A DNA stretch of 64,000 bases from the human T2T-CHM13v2.0 reference genome, Homo sapiens. The translations under genes were made by a program, and so were the position numbers. The notes under the pieces are model-generated. The model was not told the origin of the DNA. It made no database searches and was given only the letters and a program-made list of their open reading frames with translations. Numbering within the stretch: position 1 is the stretch's first letter; every line of letters starts with the position of its first letter. The DNA lies in the NCBI RefSeq assembly GCF_009914755.1, contig NC_060925.1; one strand, given 5' to 3'. Of this stretch, positions 13,551-27,265 are shown piece by piece.

Positions 13551-15194
13551 GGTTTTGCACACTGGTGGTGCTGAAGACGCCTCCAAGTTCAAAGGTCTTC
13601 TGAGATACCCAGAGAGGCTCAGGCAAATGCCAGTGCTGGAAACTTGCTTAAGCGTAAGCAGCCAAGTGCATGCACCTCCACTGAGCTGGGGGCACTGGAG
13701 AAGGACAGTGGCTTCTGTACTGCTAACAGACCCCATGCAGGTAGTGGCTGAGATCTCTGTGTGGCCAACTAAGGACTGTGGAAGCATTTCACACCCTGGG
13801 TGAGGATGGTTATGGAAGGCAATAGAGGCTGCCTCACCACTGGGAGTGGCGAACAGTGTGAATCTCTGCTGGCCTTCTCTTTGAGTGCTGGGCATCTTTT
13901 ATTTCAGTTTTACAGATGCAGAAATACACAAGAGGGAGTCAGGTCTCTACCAAGGAAAAACTGTATGCTTACCTTATGCCTCTCCCTACCGTGTTTGATC
14001 AGTTCTCTCTCTCTCCTCCCACCACCTCCCCACTGCCCTGCTCTGCCCCCTCTCTCCTATGTTACTTTCTTGGGTCTTGCCCTGTTTGGTGTCTGGCCAT
14101 TACTTGGTGCTGCAGAGGAGACTCAGCCCCCAAGAGGCGGTACACTCACCTCTTGAAGGGCAATCCCCAGAGAAGCGCGAGAGAGACCTGGCTTGGCCTC
14201 CTTTCTCCTGCGCCTCTGTTCAGCGTTGTACTGGATTGCACGCGTGTTACAGAGCGTGCTGTGGAAGATGCTGAGCCAGCGGTGCCGAGCGTTTCCAGCC
14301 CTCTGAAGGCAGGGCCACGCAGCTCCCCATCACGTGGTGACACTCCCTCTGTGCTCCTGATGTGCTTATTTCCAAAATATGGTGGGTGGTGAGGTTTAGG
14401 CCCTGTTCCAATTCAGGGTAACATGTGGAGCAGGCTCAGCCCGGAAGGCTGTGCTATGGCAGCAGGTGCAGCACTCATTGTGGCCAGCGGATATTCACAT
14501 CTGTTGGAGCCTAGAAACCTAAAGAAAAGCACATCCAAGCTCCAGTCATTTCCACCACTCCCTACTGCCATTCCCCACCCCATAACATGGAGGAATTTAT
14601 GTTGCAGTACATTTTCTTTCTCTGGCCATCTCGCTCCAAGGGAATTAATAAGGACCAAATGGCCAAAGGGCAGGAAGCAGTGGGGAGATGCAGTGGAGAA
14701 GCATGGCCCATGTTTAATTTATAGATCAGATCATCTCTTCCCCTTGGCAGTATGCAGGCTATTTTGGGCATTGTGCTGGGTAGCCCTTTAGGGAATCCAG
14801 TTGTATTTAATTATATTCATATTTATTGAGCACCCATTGATCAGTCACAGCAAGCACATAATTATATGTGTTATAAAGAGTTAGATAAAGGCCCAGTCCT
14901 CGATCTCACGGTCTAAGATAGTAACTCTAACGTAAGACAGCAGAGGTTTTCAGTGGAGGTTCAATTCAAGGTCACGTTTGATTGGAGACATCACAGAGAG
15001 GTGGCACTTATATGGGCCTAACAGCATTTTGACAGATGAAGAGAAAGACAGAGGGATTAGTTCTGCCAACCTAAAGAAAGAACTGAGGCAACGTTAATAC
15101 AGACAGTTTATCTGAGCCAAGGTTGAGGACAGCTGCCCGGGACACAATTCCAAGTTGCCTTGGGGAGTGCTCCCTTTGGCCTTTGTTACAAGCA

Positions 15195-15504
15195 TGTTGT
15201 TTGTTTGTTTTTGTTTTTGTTTTGAGACGGTGTCTCACTCTGTCTTCCAGGCTGGAGTGCAGTGGCACAGTCGTGGCTCACTGCAGCCTTGACCTCCTGG
15301 GCTTTAGCAATCCTCCTACCTTAACCTCCCGAGTAGCTGGGACTACAGAGGTGTGCCTCCACGCCCAGCTAATTTTTGTATTTTTTGTAGAGACAGGGTC
15401 TTGCTCTGTTACCCAAGCTGGTCTCCAATTCCTGGACTCAAGCAACCCTCCTGCTTCGGCATCCTAAATTACTGGGATTACAGGCATGAGCCACCATGTC
15501 CAGT
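15195..15504 (-). mobile_element. Alu (AluJ-like)
   Basis: Full dimer; TSD ttacaagca. Confidence 0.93.
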
Positions 15505-15784
15505 CTATTACAAGCAGGTTTTTAAAGGCAAAAGGGGACAAGGCTGAGCCAATACAAAGTTGTTTGACAGGAGTTCTCACCGGTTGACAGAAATAATATT
15601 TGTTAGTGATTGGCCCTACACTGGTGAACTATAGAGTATGAGTGCTGGTGTCCAGTGTGTGACATTTTATGACAATCTGGTGTCAGTTAGCCTAGAGCCC
15701 ATATAGCATGTGGCCTCAAGAGGAAATGATTTAGCTCAAGAGAGGAATGAGACATGACTGCTGTCACACACATGGCCCCGTCAC

Positions 15785-16081
15785 TTTTTTATTTTTATTT
15801 TTTTGAGACAGAGTCTTGCTCTGTCATGCAAGCCAGGGCGCAGTGGTGCAGTCTCGGCTCGCTGCAACCTCCACCTCCTGGGTCCAAGCGATTCTCCTGC
15901 TTCAGCCTCCTGAGTGGGGTTACAGGCACCCGCCGCCACACCCAGCTCACGTCTGTATTTTTAGTAGAGACAGGGTTTTACCATGTTGGCCAGGCTGGTC
16001 TTGAACTCCTGGCCTCAAGTGATCCGCTTGCTTCGGCATCCCAAAGTGCCGTAATTATAGGCGTGAGGCACTGTGCCCGTC
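15785..16081 (-). mobile_element. Alu
   Basis: Antisense Alu dimer. Confidence 0.93.
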
Positions 16082-16917
16082 CTACAGTCACATTTCAGTG
16101 CCTCTCTGGGCTTGATAATTAAAGGGGGCTTGAATTCCTCCGATAAAAAGTTTATTCTTCAGACCAAATAGTGAGGGTGTCTTGTGGAAAACCCTGAAGT
16201 AGTCTGGCTTGCTTGTCCATGGAGGTGGAACAGGAGTGTCTGACCACCCCCCTGCCTGGGCCTGGGTGTCGGGGTGGAGACTGGGGATGGGCAGAAGCTG
16301 GGACATCACTCACTGCCAGGGACTGGGTTCTGTGTGGCCAAGGCTGTGGCGGGAAATTATTACCTGAGACCAGATGTTCATGATGAGAACCAAAGCAGTG
16401 AACTGGGTTAGGGCCCTGTGGAGAAAGTGAAGCCTGGAAACTTGGGAGAATGTGTGTTAACCCCACTTCTAGAGAGGACAGAGGCTGGGACAGAGCCAAG
16501 GATGTGTGGCTGGGTGGCACAGGGGGAAGAGAAGGTGGGCTGGGAGCCAGCAGGGCAGAGGGAAGGGAAGGACAGCAGCTGTGGTTCCCAGATCAGCATA
16601 AGGAACCTGCAGGCACAGGGGCCCTGGTGTAAGGAGCCTGCAGGCACAGGGGCTGAGTGGGCCAGGTGGCTGGACAGATAGTGGCAGGTCGGTAAGAACA
16701 GAGTTAAAACTCAGCCAGGCTTTGGAACTGTTCTATCTTAGGGTACTGGTTACGGGAACGGGCAGGAATTTTTGGAGACATATACTGATGAATTCTGTTT
16801 CGGGCATGTTGAGGTTCTGGAGGAACCTGGGATGGAAACTGGATCTGGAGCTGGGGAGAGAGTGAAGAACCAGCCATGTCCAGGAGGGAGTGAAGCAGGC
16901 TAGAAATGGTAGTGGGC

Positions 16918-17269
<352 letters not shown>

Positions 17270-17851
17270 TTACCAAAGAAAAGAGCACAAAGGGAGAATA
17301 TTTTCTGCTCATTTACTCATACATTAAATGTCTGTTTCGTGCCAGGTACTGTAATAGGCATTCTTCATTCTTCAGAGTCATTTAGGAGCAAAGCACACTG
17401 TTTGGGCTTGGGGAGTTTGCATATTGAGGCGAGGTTAGAGAAGGATATTGGAATACCGATTTTGCCTTGGCCCAATTACTTCCCCCCATGATGTTTCTGA
17501 AGATGGTGTAGACATAAGGAACAACCTGTAAGGCCTTATGAATATCTTGGTGCACAGTGACCCTGCCCATCAGTAAGCAAGATCTAGTCTGCAGTCAGAT
17601 TAGTAACTATTCCTTCCTGGTAGGACAAGAGCAAAAGGAGGTTCTCAGCCCTGCTACAAGCATGAGCTCCAACTACCACTACAAAATCCCCCTTAGCAGA
17701 GAGGGAAATGGAAGACCCAGAAGGTATGATTTATCCTGAGTTGTGAAGAATCTACCACCCTTTGTTCCCAGAATTTCTTCCTTTCTGAATCCCTGGCTTC
17801 TTCAGCCAGCCCATCAGTGGTGGCTCCTTCCTTATTTATGGGGCTCACCAG

Positions 17852-18305
17852 TTGCACTGGGCAGACTGAGGGACCCCCAAAGATGTTCATGTCCTAATCC
17901 TTGGAACCTGAGACTGTTACATCTGGAAAGTCCCTTCTGCCATATAAGGTGATTAAGTCAAGGGTCTCGAGATGGGGAGATTATCCTGAATTATCTGGGT
18001 ATAGCCATTGTAATCACAGAGGTCTTTATAGGTGGCAGAGGGAGGCAGGAGAGACAGAGGAAGAGATGTGACATCAGAAGCAGAGGTCAGGAAATGCCGG
18101 TGGTCTCCGAGAGCTGGAAAAGGCAAGGAAATGGCTTCTGCCCTAGGGCTTCCAGAAGGAAGTAAGCCCTGCTGACACCTTGATTTTAGCCCTCCAAGAC
18201 CCATTTTGGACTTCTGACCTCTAGAACTGTAGGATAATAAACTGTGTTGCTTTGAATTACTAAATTTGTGGTAATTTATTATAGCAGCAGTAGGAACTAA
18301 TACTA
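17852..18305 (+). mobile_element. MLT1 (MaLR) solo LTR
   Basis: cccccaaagatgttcatgtcctaatcc...agccctgctgacaccttgattttagcc...gcagcagtaggaactaatac. Confidence 0.85.
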
Positions 18306-18727
18306 TAATGTATACCTAATTTCCAGCACAGAGCCTGTTACACAATAGGTGCTCAGTTTAATTTATTGGATGAATTATGAATTCTATATTTAACTCTAAC
18401 CCCCAAGTAGGGCTCTCTACAGTGGTTTTTGAAATCTACTTGGCTTCATTTGGATAGTTAGAAACTTGGGGAAAACTTTGCCCGAGGAAAGAAATCCCAG
18501 CGGTTCCTCCTCTGTAAATTGCAAAATGATCCATTTTCCAGCCCGGTCCACCAAATGCAGGGTCTGCCTGGGAAGTATTTACACCTGTGAGGATGGCTTT
18601 ATTGCTTTGCATCTAGCTTGCTCTTCACTGCTTGTATAATCTCTCTGTTGTAAATCCAAATCGAGGAGAATGTGTGCAAGCTTAAACAGCCAGGCAGAAA
18701 GACAACTGCACTAAATTGTTGTTCTTA

Positions 18728-18800
18728 ACAGAATCTTAGAGGTCTCTGAAATGGCAGAAATCTTAGAGGTCTTTGAAATAGCAGGAACTTAGAAATAGCA
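18728..18800. repeat. Short tandem repeat, ~27-bp unit, ~2.5 copies
   Basis: cagaatcttagaggtctctgaaatgg / cagaaatcttagaggtctttgaaatag / caggaacttagaaatag. Confidence 0.85.
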
Positions 18801-19865
18801 AGCTGTGGTTTCTGCTTTCAGGGATGGTAGGTGTTATGCACAATTATCTACAAAAATGCTCTTCCTCAGGCACGAAGTGTTGTGTGTCAAGTGCAAGAGC
18901 TGAAGTTCTGCATTATACACAACCTAAGTGTCCTAAAAGTGACTAATTCTCTTAACTAGTGACCACACTCTTAACTAGCTTTTGAGGCTGGGGAGCATCT
19001 TCAGGGGTGGCTTGGGAGACTGGATAACCTATTCCAGGCTAAGGATGGAACCTCCACTGTGAAGACTGAGGAGTATGGGGCCAGGGCGCTCTCTGCCTAA
19101 GGAGCATTTTTCCACGGGATACAAGTTTCTCTGGACTCGATCAAGCAGGGAGGCTGAGTACATACTTCCTGGAGGTTGCACAAACTAACCAATTTGATTT
19201 TAAATATTAATACTTGGAGTAAGGCTTCTGGAGGCCAACATGCAAATTTATGTAAAAGAATGTGCAAATGAACACCAGAGCCAAGTGCCTGGCTCTGTTC
19301 CCTCACACAGGATAGCAGCCCCTGACCTGGCTGACCTTGTGTTTAGTTCTGTTCTTGGCTCTGGGACTTTGGGGCTGTTGTGTTGGCAAAACTTGGTGGG
19401 GGTGGAGGGGTGGGCAGTGGAGGGAAGGACTGCTCCAATTTAAACACCCGCAACAACAAAAGTTGTTTTAGCAAATTGGCATGCTGTTCATAAACGGCTT
19501 TCTATGTGCGCGAGGATATAGAGGCTTTATAAACTCTCTTTTTGGGAGTAAAAGTCAGGAAAGATTCATCAGAACCCAGCTCCTGAGAGGATGACAGGGG
19601 AGAAGACTCCTTGGGTCTCTGGTGGAGCCCCCTGTTGTTGCTGCTGGAATTCAGGCAAAGCTCCTCACAAGGTAAAGATCTGGATTCCTTGGGCAAGGGA
19701 AAATGAGCTGAGTACAGAGCCCAGGTGCTCAGCGTGGACACTGGCTTGATGGGGTCTTTTGGAGCAAGTCCTCAGTTTTCTGTGTGGTTGTTCACATGGG
19801 GAGGCTCAGTTTTCCAGTAGATGGTGGGCTGGAGTGAAAGTGAGAAACAGAAAGAGGGACATGGA

Positions 19866-19893
19866 CACACACACACACACGCACAAACACACA
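19866..19893. repeat. Imperfect (CA)n microsatellite
   Basis: acacacacacacacgcacaaacacacac. Confidence 0.85.
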
Positions 19894-20129
19894 CCCAAGC
19901 CCCAGTGAACATCGAGCCCAGTGCAGTGAGCAGCAGTTTCTATGATGTAGTTAATTTAGTGGGAAGTAGTGAGTTTGTAGTGACCATAGAGTTAGAAAAG
20001 CAGGGAAATAAAAAAGAAAACAATGGTAAAATAGTATGGGGAGTATTTTCCTGATTATGGGAAAAAACATCACTTGTGCAGTGCAGGAATAAGGAAACTA
20101 CGTAGTGGTCACCTCTGTTAGCGTTCTGG

Positions 20130-20900
20130 TGACTGTACTTTCATGTGTCTTTTTACGGGCACACACGTAATTTTACATAGTTGATAAGGGATTACATCAC
20201 ACATTCTGGTTTTCTTTACCATCACTTTAAAAAAGTTGCAGTTTTTGTTGCTGTCATTGCTTAACCCTTTCCTCCAGCCACTGTCCCCTCCATTCTCAGG
20301 GTTGCCGGTGTTAGCAACCTGGTGTATATCCTTCATTTGTTTCTTCGTGTTCGTGTCATCTTACATAAACACTAATGCTTTTTAGAGTGTGTCTTGATTT
20401 TGGTTTTGCATCTCTGCATCTTGCTTTTCTCACTGAATAATGGCTCATGGAGTCCCTCTGAGTTAATCGGTAAAGGTCTAACTCAGAACTGCGTAATATT
20501 CCAGATTTAGATGTGTCACTGTTTATTCAATCATGCTTTTATTGACTGGACTTTATGTGTTTCTAGTTTTTTGTGATCTCAGACAGTACCTGGGCATATA
20601 TTCTTACCTAGTGGTGTCTATTTCAATGGGATAAATCCTCAGGGAATTGCTAAGTGAAGGATATGTGTATTTTCGTTAATAATAGATATTATTAGATTGC
20701 TTTCCAAAGGCTTTATCAGTTCACATTTTCACCAGCCATGGGTGGGGGCTCCTTTTTCCCTGCTTCCTCAACAGTAACTTATCACAAAATTTTTTTCAAT
20801 CCATTAGGTGTAAAATGATACCTCCTTGTCACCCTTGTCACACTCCTTAGCCAACCAGTGAGGGTGAGAAACTTTCATAACATTATTGACCTGTTGGATA
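20130..20900 (-). mobile_element. Old L1M fragment
   Basis: T-rich degraded antisense L1 motifs (ggaattgctaagtgaaggatatgtgtatttt, gattgctttccaaagg). Confidence 0.55.
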
Positions 20901-21947
20901 TTCTTGCAAAGCAGGAATATTGGCCTGGGATTTCGACCTGGGATTTCTGGGTTTTGAGGGATGGCAGGTAATGGGCCTTGTGACTTCACCCAGACCCTTC
21001 TTTCCTGTGTGCTGCCTCTGGCCAGAGGCATGACCAGATGGGAGCAAGCAGATCTATATGGCGAACTGGGGTAACTTTAACATTCCTGGACTGGGACTGG
21101 ACATAAGGTGGGGGAGTATAACCTGGCTACATTCCAAACAGGCTATGGAGTGGTCTGTGCACAAGAGCTAACAGGTTTGATGAGTTGAGCAGGCAGGACT
21201 CAGACCTAGCGGTAGGGAAGTGCTATTGAAAGTTTGGTTGGCAGAAGTGTCCGTTCCAAGCAGTGAATCAGCTTGCCGTCAGCTGGACTCTAGCCAGTTG
21301 ATTAGTGTAGGAAGAAAGGAAGTGAGGGAAGAAGAAGGGACTTAAGGCCCCTTAGGAGAGGGGTAGGCAAGAGCTAAGTGGAGCGTCGGGCCCCTGATAG
21401 GTGTTCCAGGTATGGCGAGCCAGTCCTCTACTGTGTGGGTGGCTGGGGATGTAGCCTGGCTGCACACACCACATCAACGTAGAAGGAGCAGGAAGGACAG
21501 CAAGGGGGCTCCACAGATGCCCAGGGCTCATTTCTGGACTTCCAGAAACCAAGCCCATGGAAGCAAAACTAAATCCAGGTTGCACGAATTGGTGGGGCTG
21601 AGGCTGCTAATGGGTTTCTGTCCCTGGTGAGGGTTGGCGCAGCACACGTGGGCTTCTTCTCTCTGCCTAAGCCCACATGTGAGGGTCTCAGCAGCTCTAG
21701 CTGCACAGGTGTTCAGAGGGTGAAGGTATTGGGAACACAGCAGGAGCACAACTCACTGGAAATTCCCAGCTGGAGGAAGGCCACCGGAAGGCCAGCTGGA
21801 GGAAGGGGGCACATTTTGTGCCAGCCCTGGTGAGTCACTAGCCTAGGTTTGACAACTAAAATAAATTATTAATTATTCTACATATTCCTTGTCAACTATT
21901 TTTTGGCTCTCATTTTTCAAACTGGGAGGACCTCATCATTAAAAGAC

Positions 21948-22249
<302 letters not shown>

Positions 22250-22597
22250 TTATTAGACATTTCATCTAAATTTTATGTTTTTCTTCCTTGAATTTTGGAA
22301 TCTGTGTTTCTCAGTCTGGTGTTTTCGATGAGGAGCAATGGAGTTTTGGGTATTTCTGTATTTTTATGGATCACTTTTTACATACTTCTCCTGTGAAGAA
22401 ATCTATTAAGGAAAATACAAGACTTTGCAGTCTCTCTTTAGTATTCACTCTGTGAACTGGTGACGCTGTACAAACTCAATATAAATTCTCAGTTACTGTT
22501 GCTTTTTAATACTACCTCAAGAGTCAGTATGGCCTATATCTGTTTTGAACAAAGGAAGGCAGCTGGGCCTTAGCCTCTCTTCCTTTAAAGAGTTTGA

Positions 22598-23198
<601 letters not shown>

Positions 23199-23759
23199 GA
23201 TTTTAAGTTGCTTTTGAATAGCCCAGATGCATGCCTCCTTGCTGTAGAGTTGGGTTTTGTTTGTTTAATAAAGAAGATATTCTATATGCTGATATACAGC
23301 TTTTTCTTCCTTTCTTTGGTCATAAACTAGGTGTGACCTCAGTAGACACTGATTTTAGCCACTGTTGATGCCTGTTTCTAAAAACTGAATCAGCAAATGC
23401 CTTGCAGGATTTAATTGGCTATACACAATAACTCCATACAGCAGGTCACTTCCTTTAGTTACTTAGGGACACACTTTGCAAATAATTCACTCTGGAGAAT
23501 TCATTAAGAAGCTGTATTGCCCAAAGCCAGATAGTCTACAGGAGCATTACCAAGATTTTTAATAAAAAATACCTCTGCTTAATAACTAGTAACAAGTAGT
23601 ACCTGCTTTGAAACTTTTCTAGGCCAAACTAATTCCAATCCCTATGGTGTAGAATGTTGAAAACTTTGATCGGCCGTCCCTTTACATGCTGGAATATATC
23701 CAGAGTATTTAGGAAATGCAACTTGACCTAACCTTCAGGTCTCTCTTTGGCTCGTGTAT

Positions 23760-24225
23760 CTTTTAGGGTCCCATTAGAAAACAGATCGCACATGCAAAGG
23801 GGGTAATTGAGGAAAGTTTAATGAAGGGACTATTTACAGAGGAGGTATAGGGTTAAAAAACCAACAGGGATGATGTGGCACCAGGATCTAGCAACCCATG
23901 AAGCTGTTACCACCCCTGGGTGTGAAGGGGTAAGGGGAGGAGGCTGTTACTAGAACTTCATGGGAGCTATAGTGGGTGGGGCTGTCTTCTGAAGGAGCTA
24001 GGGCCTCATGTGGAGAGGTAGAGACACTGTGAAGCCACAGTAGCAGGAAGGGAACTGGGCAATAAGTACCCTAATAAGATCCTTGTGTCTTCAGCTGATG
24101 CCTCCTGTTGGCCTAATATAATGGGAAGCAAGAGGGCAAGGAAGGCCAGATGGTGCATTCTTCAGAGCCTGCCAGGGCCGTGGGCAGGGTGGAGAAGGGT
24201 GAAGAGGGATCTGGAAGGGTAAATG
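23760..24225 (-). mobile_element. Ancient ERVL LTR (LTR33-like)
   Basis: gggtaattgaggaaagtttaatgaagggactatttacagag...agagggatctggaagggtaaatgga pattern. Confidence 0.55.
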
Positions 24226-24455
24226 GAGGCTTTTGAGCGCAGTTAACTTTTGGGCTGAAGGAAAATGGACATGCAAGCAGGAGGGAGAATCCTAGTTAGA
24301 CTCCTCGGTTTTCACAAGTCATTGTCGATGTCACTGTCAGTGTAGTGGGCCTTCAAGCTATAGGGAGCCACTCCTAATGAGCAACATAGAACACTAGGCC
24401 TTTCCTGGAGAACCTCACTTCCACTTGTTTGTTCTCCAACTTTCCAGACACCTAG

Positions 24456-24890
24456 TGTTAGCAAAACACCCAGGGATCCGTTGCTCACTCTATGGAAAGC
24501 CAATTACTGGGATAACAAGTATTGCCAGGGAAGAAGCCTTTTTATTAGGGTGACATCAGTCAGAAAGATGAGAGATCAGTCCCAAACACATCTCTCTCAA
24601 CGGACTAAAATTGGAGGTTTGTATAATGGGGAAGGAGTGTAACTATGCATGGGAAAGCAGGAATTAGGGAGGGGCAGTATGGAAGCAAACATGAAGGTTG
24701 TGGGACTGGGGTCTCACTGGATGTGGTGATTATGTGAGTTTCAGCTTCTTGTCCAATGGTCAGTTTCCTGAGGAAGGAACTCAGATGAGACAAATGTAAA
24801 TTTCACATGTTAAGACCCGGGAGTGTCAATTTCCATGTTTATTCAAAAAACCAGAAGCATCAGTTCTGTTGAACAGTTGGGGCAGTTTCA
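24456..24890 (-). mobile_element. 3' LTR of the ERV1 provirus
   Basis: Homologous to 32746-33183. Preceded on the minus strand by the polypurine tract AGAAAGGGGAGGGAC (24891-24905). Confidence 0.88.
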
Positions 24891-26209
24891 GTCCCTCCCC
24901 TTTCTATTGATCAATTCCTCAATCATGGGGAATCTGACCATCAATCCTGGATGCTTCATGCTGAGGAAGGTCGTTGTGGGATAATGAGAAGGAATGAAAG
25001 CATTCCACTTATAATGGGAAATACTCAAAGTACCTGGTTTGCATCTGGCGCACTGGAAGACCATGATCTGTGTACTTTTATTTTGCTTTTTGAACAACAT
25101 TTGAGGCCACATTGAACTAAAGTAATTAACAGCATCGATAAACCAAATTTTAAAATACCAGAATATGGAGTGAATCCACTGGGGAATCCAAGAGAACGAT
25201 CCTAAGCCTACCAAAAACGTCTTCCTGATTCATACATCCCACATGCGAAAAGCTAGGGTCTAGGGGAGAACAATGACCGGAAAAGTTCATGTTCCCTTTA
25301 TGATTTCTTATCTAGGATCTTTGGCTGGGTATAAGGGCGGCGGGCGGCGGGGGGGCGGTGTTCACAAGACCATGACTCTTTACTCCAGTGGGATCCCAGA
25401 GGGACTGACTGGTTTTACCCAATCTATGCAGGCTAACTTGACAGATGAGTGGGTGGTCAGCAGCATTTCAAAAGGGCTAACTTACTGTGCTTGTGGCTGG
25501 TCTTCAGCCTGTTGGGATTTCCAGGTCTTCAACCAGACTGGATCCTCCAGTTTCAAAGAGTGGAGAGGCGCATCTGTAGGGAACTGGAGCTTGTTGGAAG
25601 CAAGCTCAGAGACAGTAGTTAATATATTTCTTAATTATTTTGTATGTGATCTAGAGTTAGGAGTTGGAGAAATGGTCTTCCATACATTTCGAAGGGGCTA
25701 AGAGCCAGCCCACTTCTGGGAGCTACTTGTATCTTCAGCAGGGCAAGAGGCAAGACCTTTTCCTAGACAAGATTTGTCTCTTGGCAACTGGAGTCCCCTT
25801 GGCTACAAGTGGATCCATTCAGTTGATGGGAGGCTTAGGGCTTTGTTTTCATTTTGGTCTCTTTCGGTCTCGATATGCCAGAGGCAACATTGATGGCCAA
25901 GCTTTTATTTTGTCCCATATCATTGCCAGGGTGGTATGGCTACCTGCCCTGGGTCCATCCTGTCCTTCAGTAGGATACCTATAGCCAACTCTTATAGCCA
26001 ATTAAACATTCTAGGCCAGACAGGAATGGAGGTGAGCACACAGTCCTTAACCCTTAAATCAACATAAGAGCCAAAACCCCGAAGCCAAAAAATAAGGTTA
26101 ATATGCTTGTCATCATAAAGCCAGTCCGCTATGGTTTGCATACAAAGCATATATTAAGCCATAAAGTAAGAACACCACAAATAGTTTTCAAATTCTGGAG
26201 AAATAGGGT

Positions 26210-26234
26210 AGAGAGAGAGAGAGAGAGAGAGAGA
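26210..26234. repeat. (GA)n microsatellite
   Basis: About 12 perfect AG units. Confidence 0.95.
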
Positions 26235-26929
26235 AATATGCCTCACATTTTATTGATAAGGGTTTATTTTACTCAATTGTTAAAGGCTATCAATAGCCCA
26301 AAAGAAAAAGTGTTCTTGACTTTGAAAACAAAAACAAAAACAATCGGCAATATTTCAAATAAAAGACATAATAAAAAATTATTTCAGTCCTCTACTAGTT
26401 CAGTCCATGCAATTAGTCCTGTTCTGCTTGATATTGGGCCAGCAATCGTCATGAACACATCAGCCCTCCAACGAGAGTCCTGGACGTTTCCTCTCTAATC
26501 CAGTGGCACAATCTCCAAAGTTGTCAGAAATCTGCATTTAAGAGTCCTTTTCATGAACTCCCCTAAAGAAGCAAGTTTTTGACTGTAGCTGATTATAAAC
26601 TGCTTTTTGAGAAGAATCAAAGTAAAACAATTATGGATGACAAAAGTCTTAAGACAATCAGGGTTGAAGACACAATTGACAAGGAAGATTGGTTATTTCT
26701 GTGGCATGCAACAATTTAACATAATCATAATTATTACTGATAACATATACTAAGATCAGAAATTTAGGAATTTCACATGATTTTTGAATATACATTAATA
26801 ACACATTTATATCAATATAACCCAAAGAAAGTTAAACATTTACTACATGACAATGCTTTGTATATAATGTTAACATACCAGATAAGCCTAATATGTCTCT
26901 CTTGGAATTCAAGGGACCCTAATAGCTAA

Positions 26930-27265
<336 letters not shown>

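Larger units (their letters stand above)
15064..16160 (-). mobile_element. ERV1 solo LTR interrupted by two Alus
   Basis: LTR-type blocks (acctaaagaaagaactgaggc..., tttaaaggcaaaaggggaca, cttgataattaaaggggg...gataaaaagttt) on either side of Alus 15195-15504 and 15785-16081. Confidence 0.65.

Noticed and set aside
13800-14791. Several overlapping ORFs of 118-158 aa
   Set aside because: No recognisable domain and no splice-consistent structure; expected in GC-richer intron.
16600-16655. Small tandem duplications (aaggaacctgcaggcacagggg x2; also 8576-8620, 18948-18980, 56473-56512)
   Set aside because: Ordinary two-copy slippage duplications, not a spacer-repeat array; there is no CRISPR-like structure in this eukaryotic sequence.
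24888-25984. ORFs in the 3' part of the provirus as env/pol genes
   Set aside because: Short, mostly on the wrong strand, with no recognisable RT, integrase or env motifs; at most highly decayed remnants.
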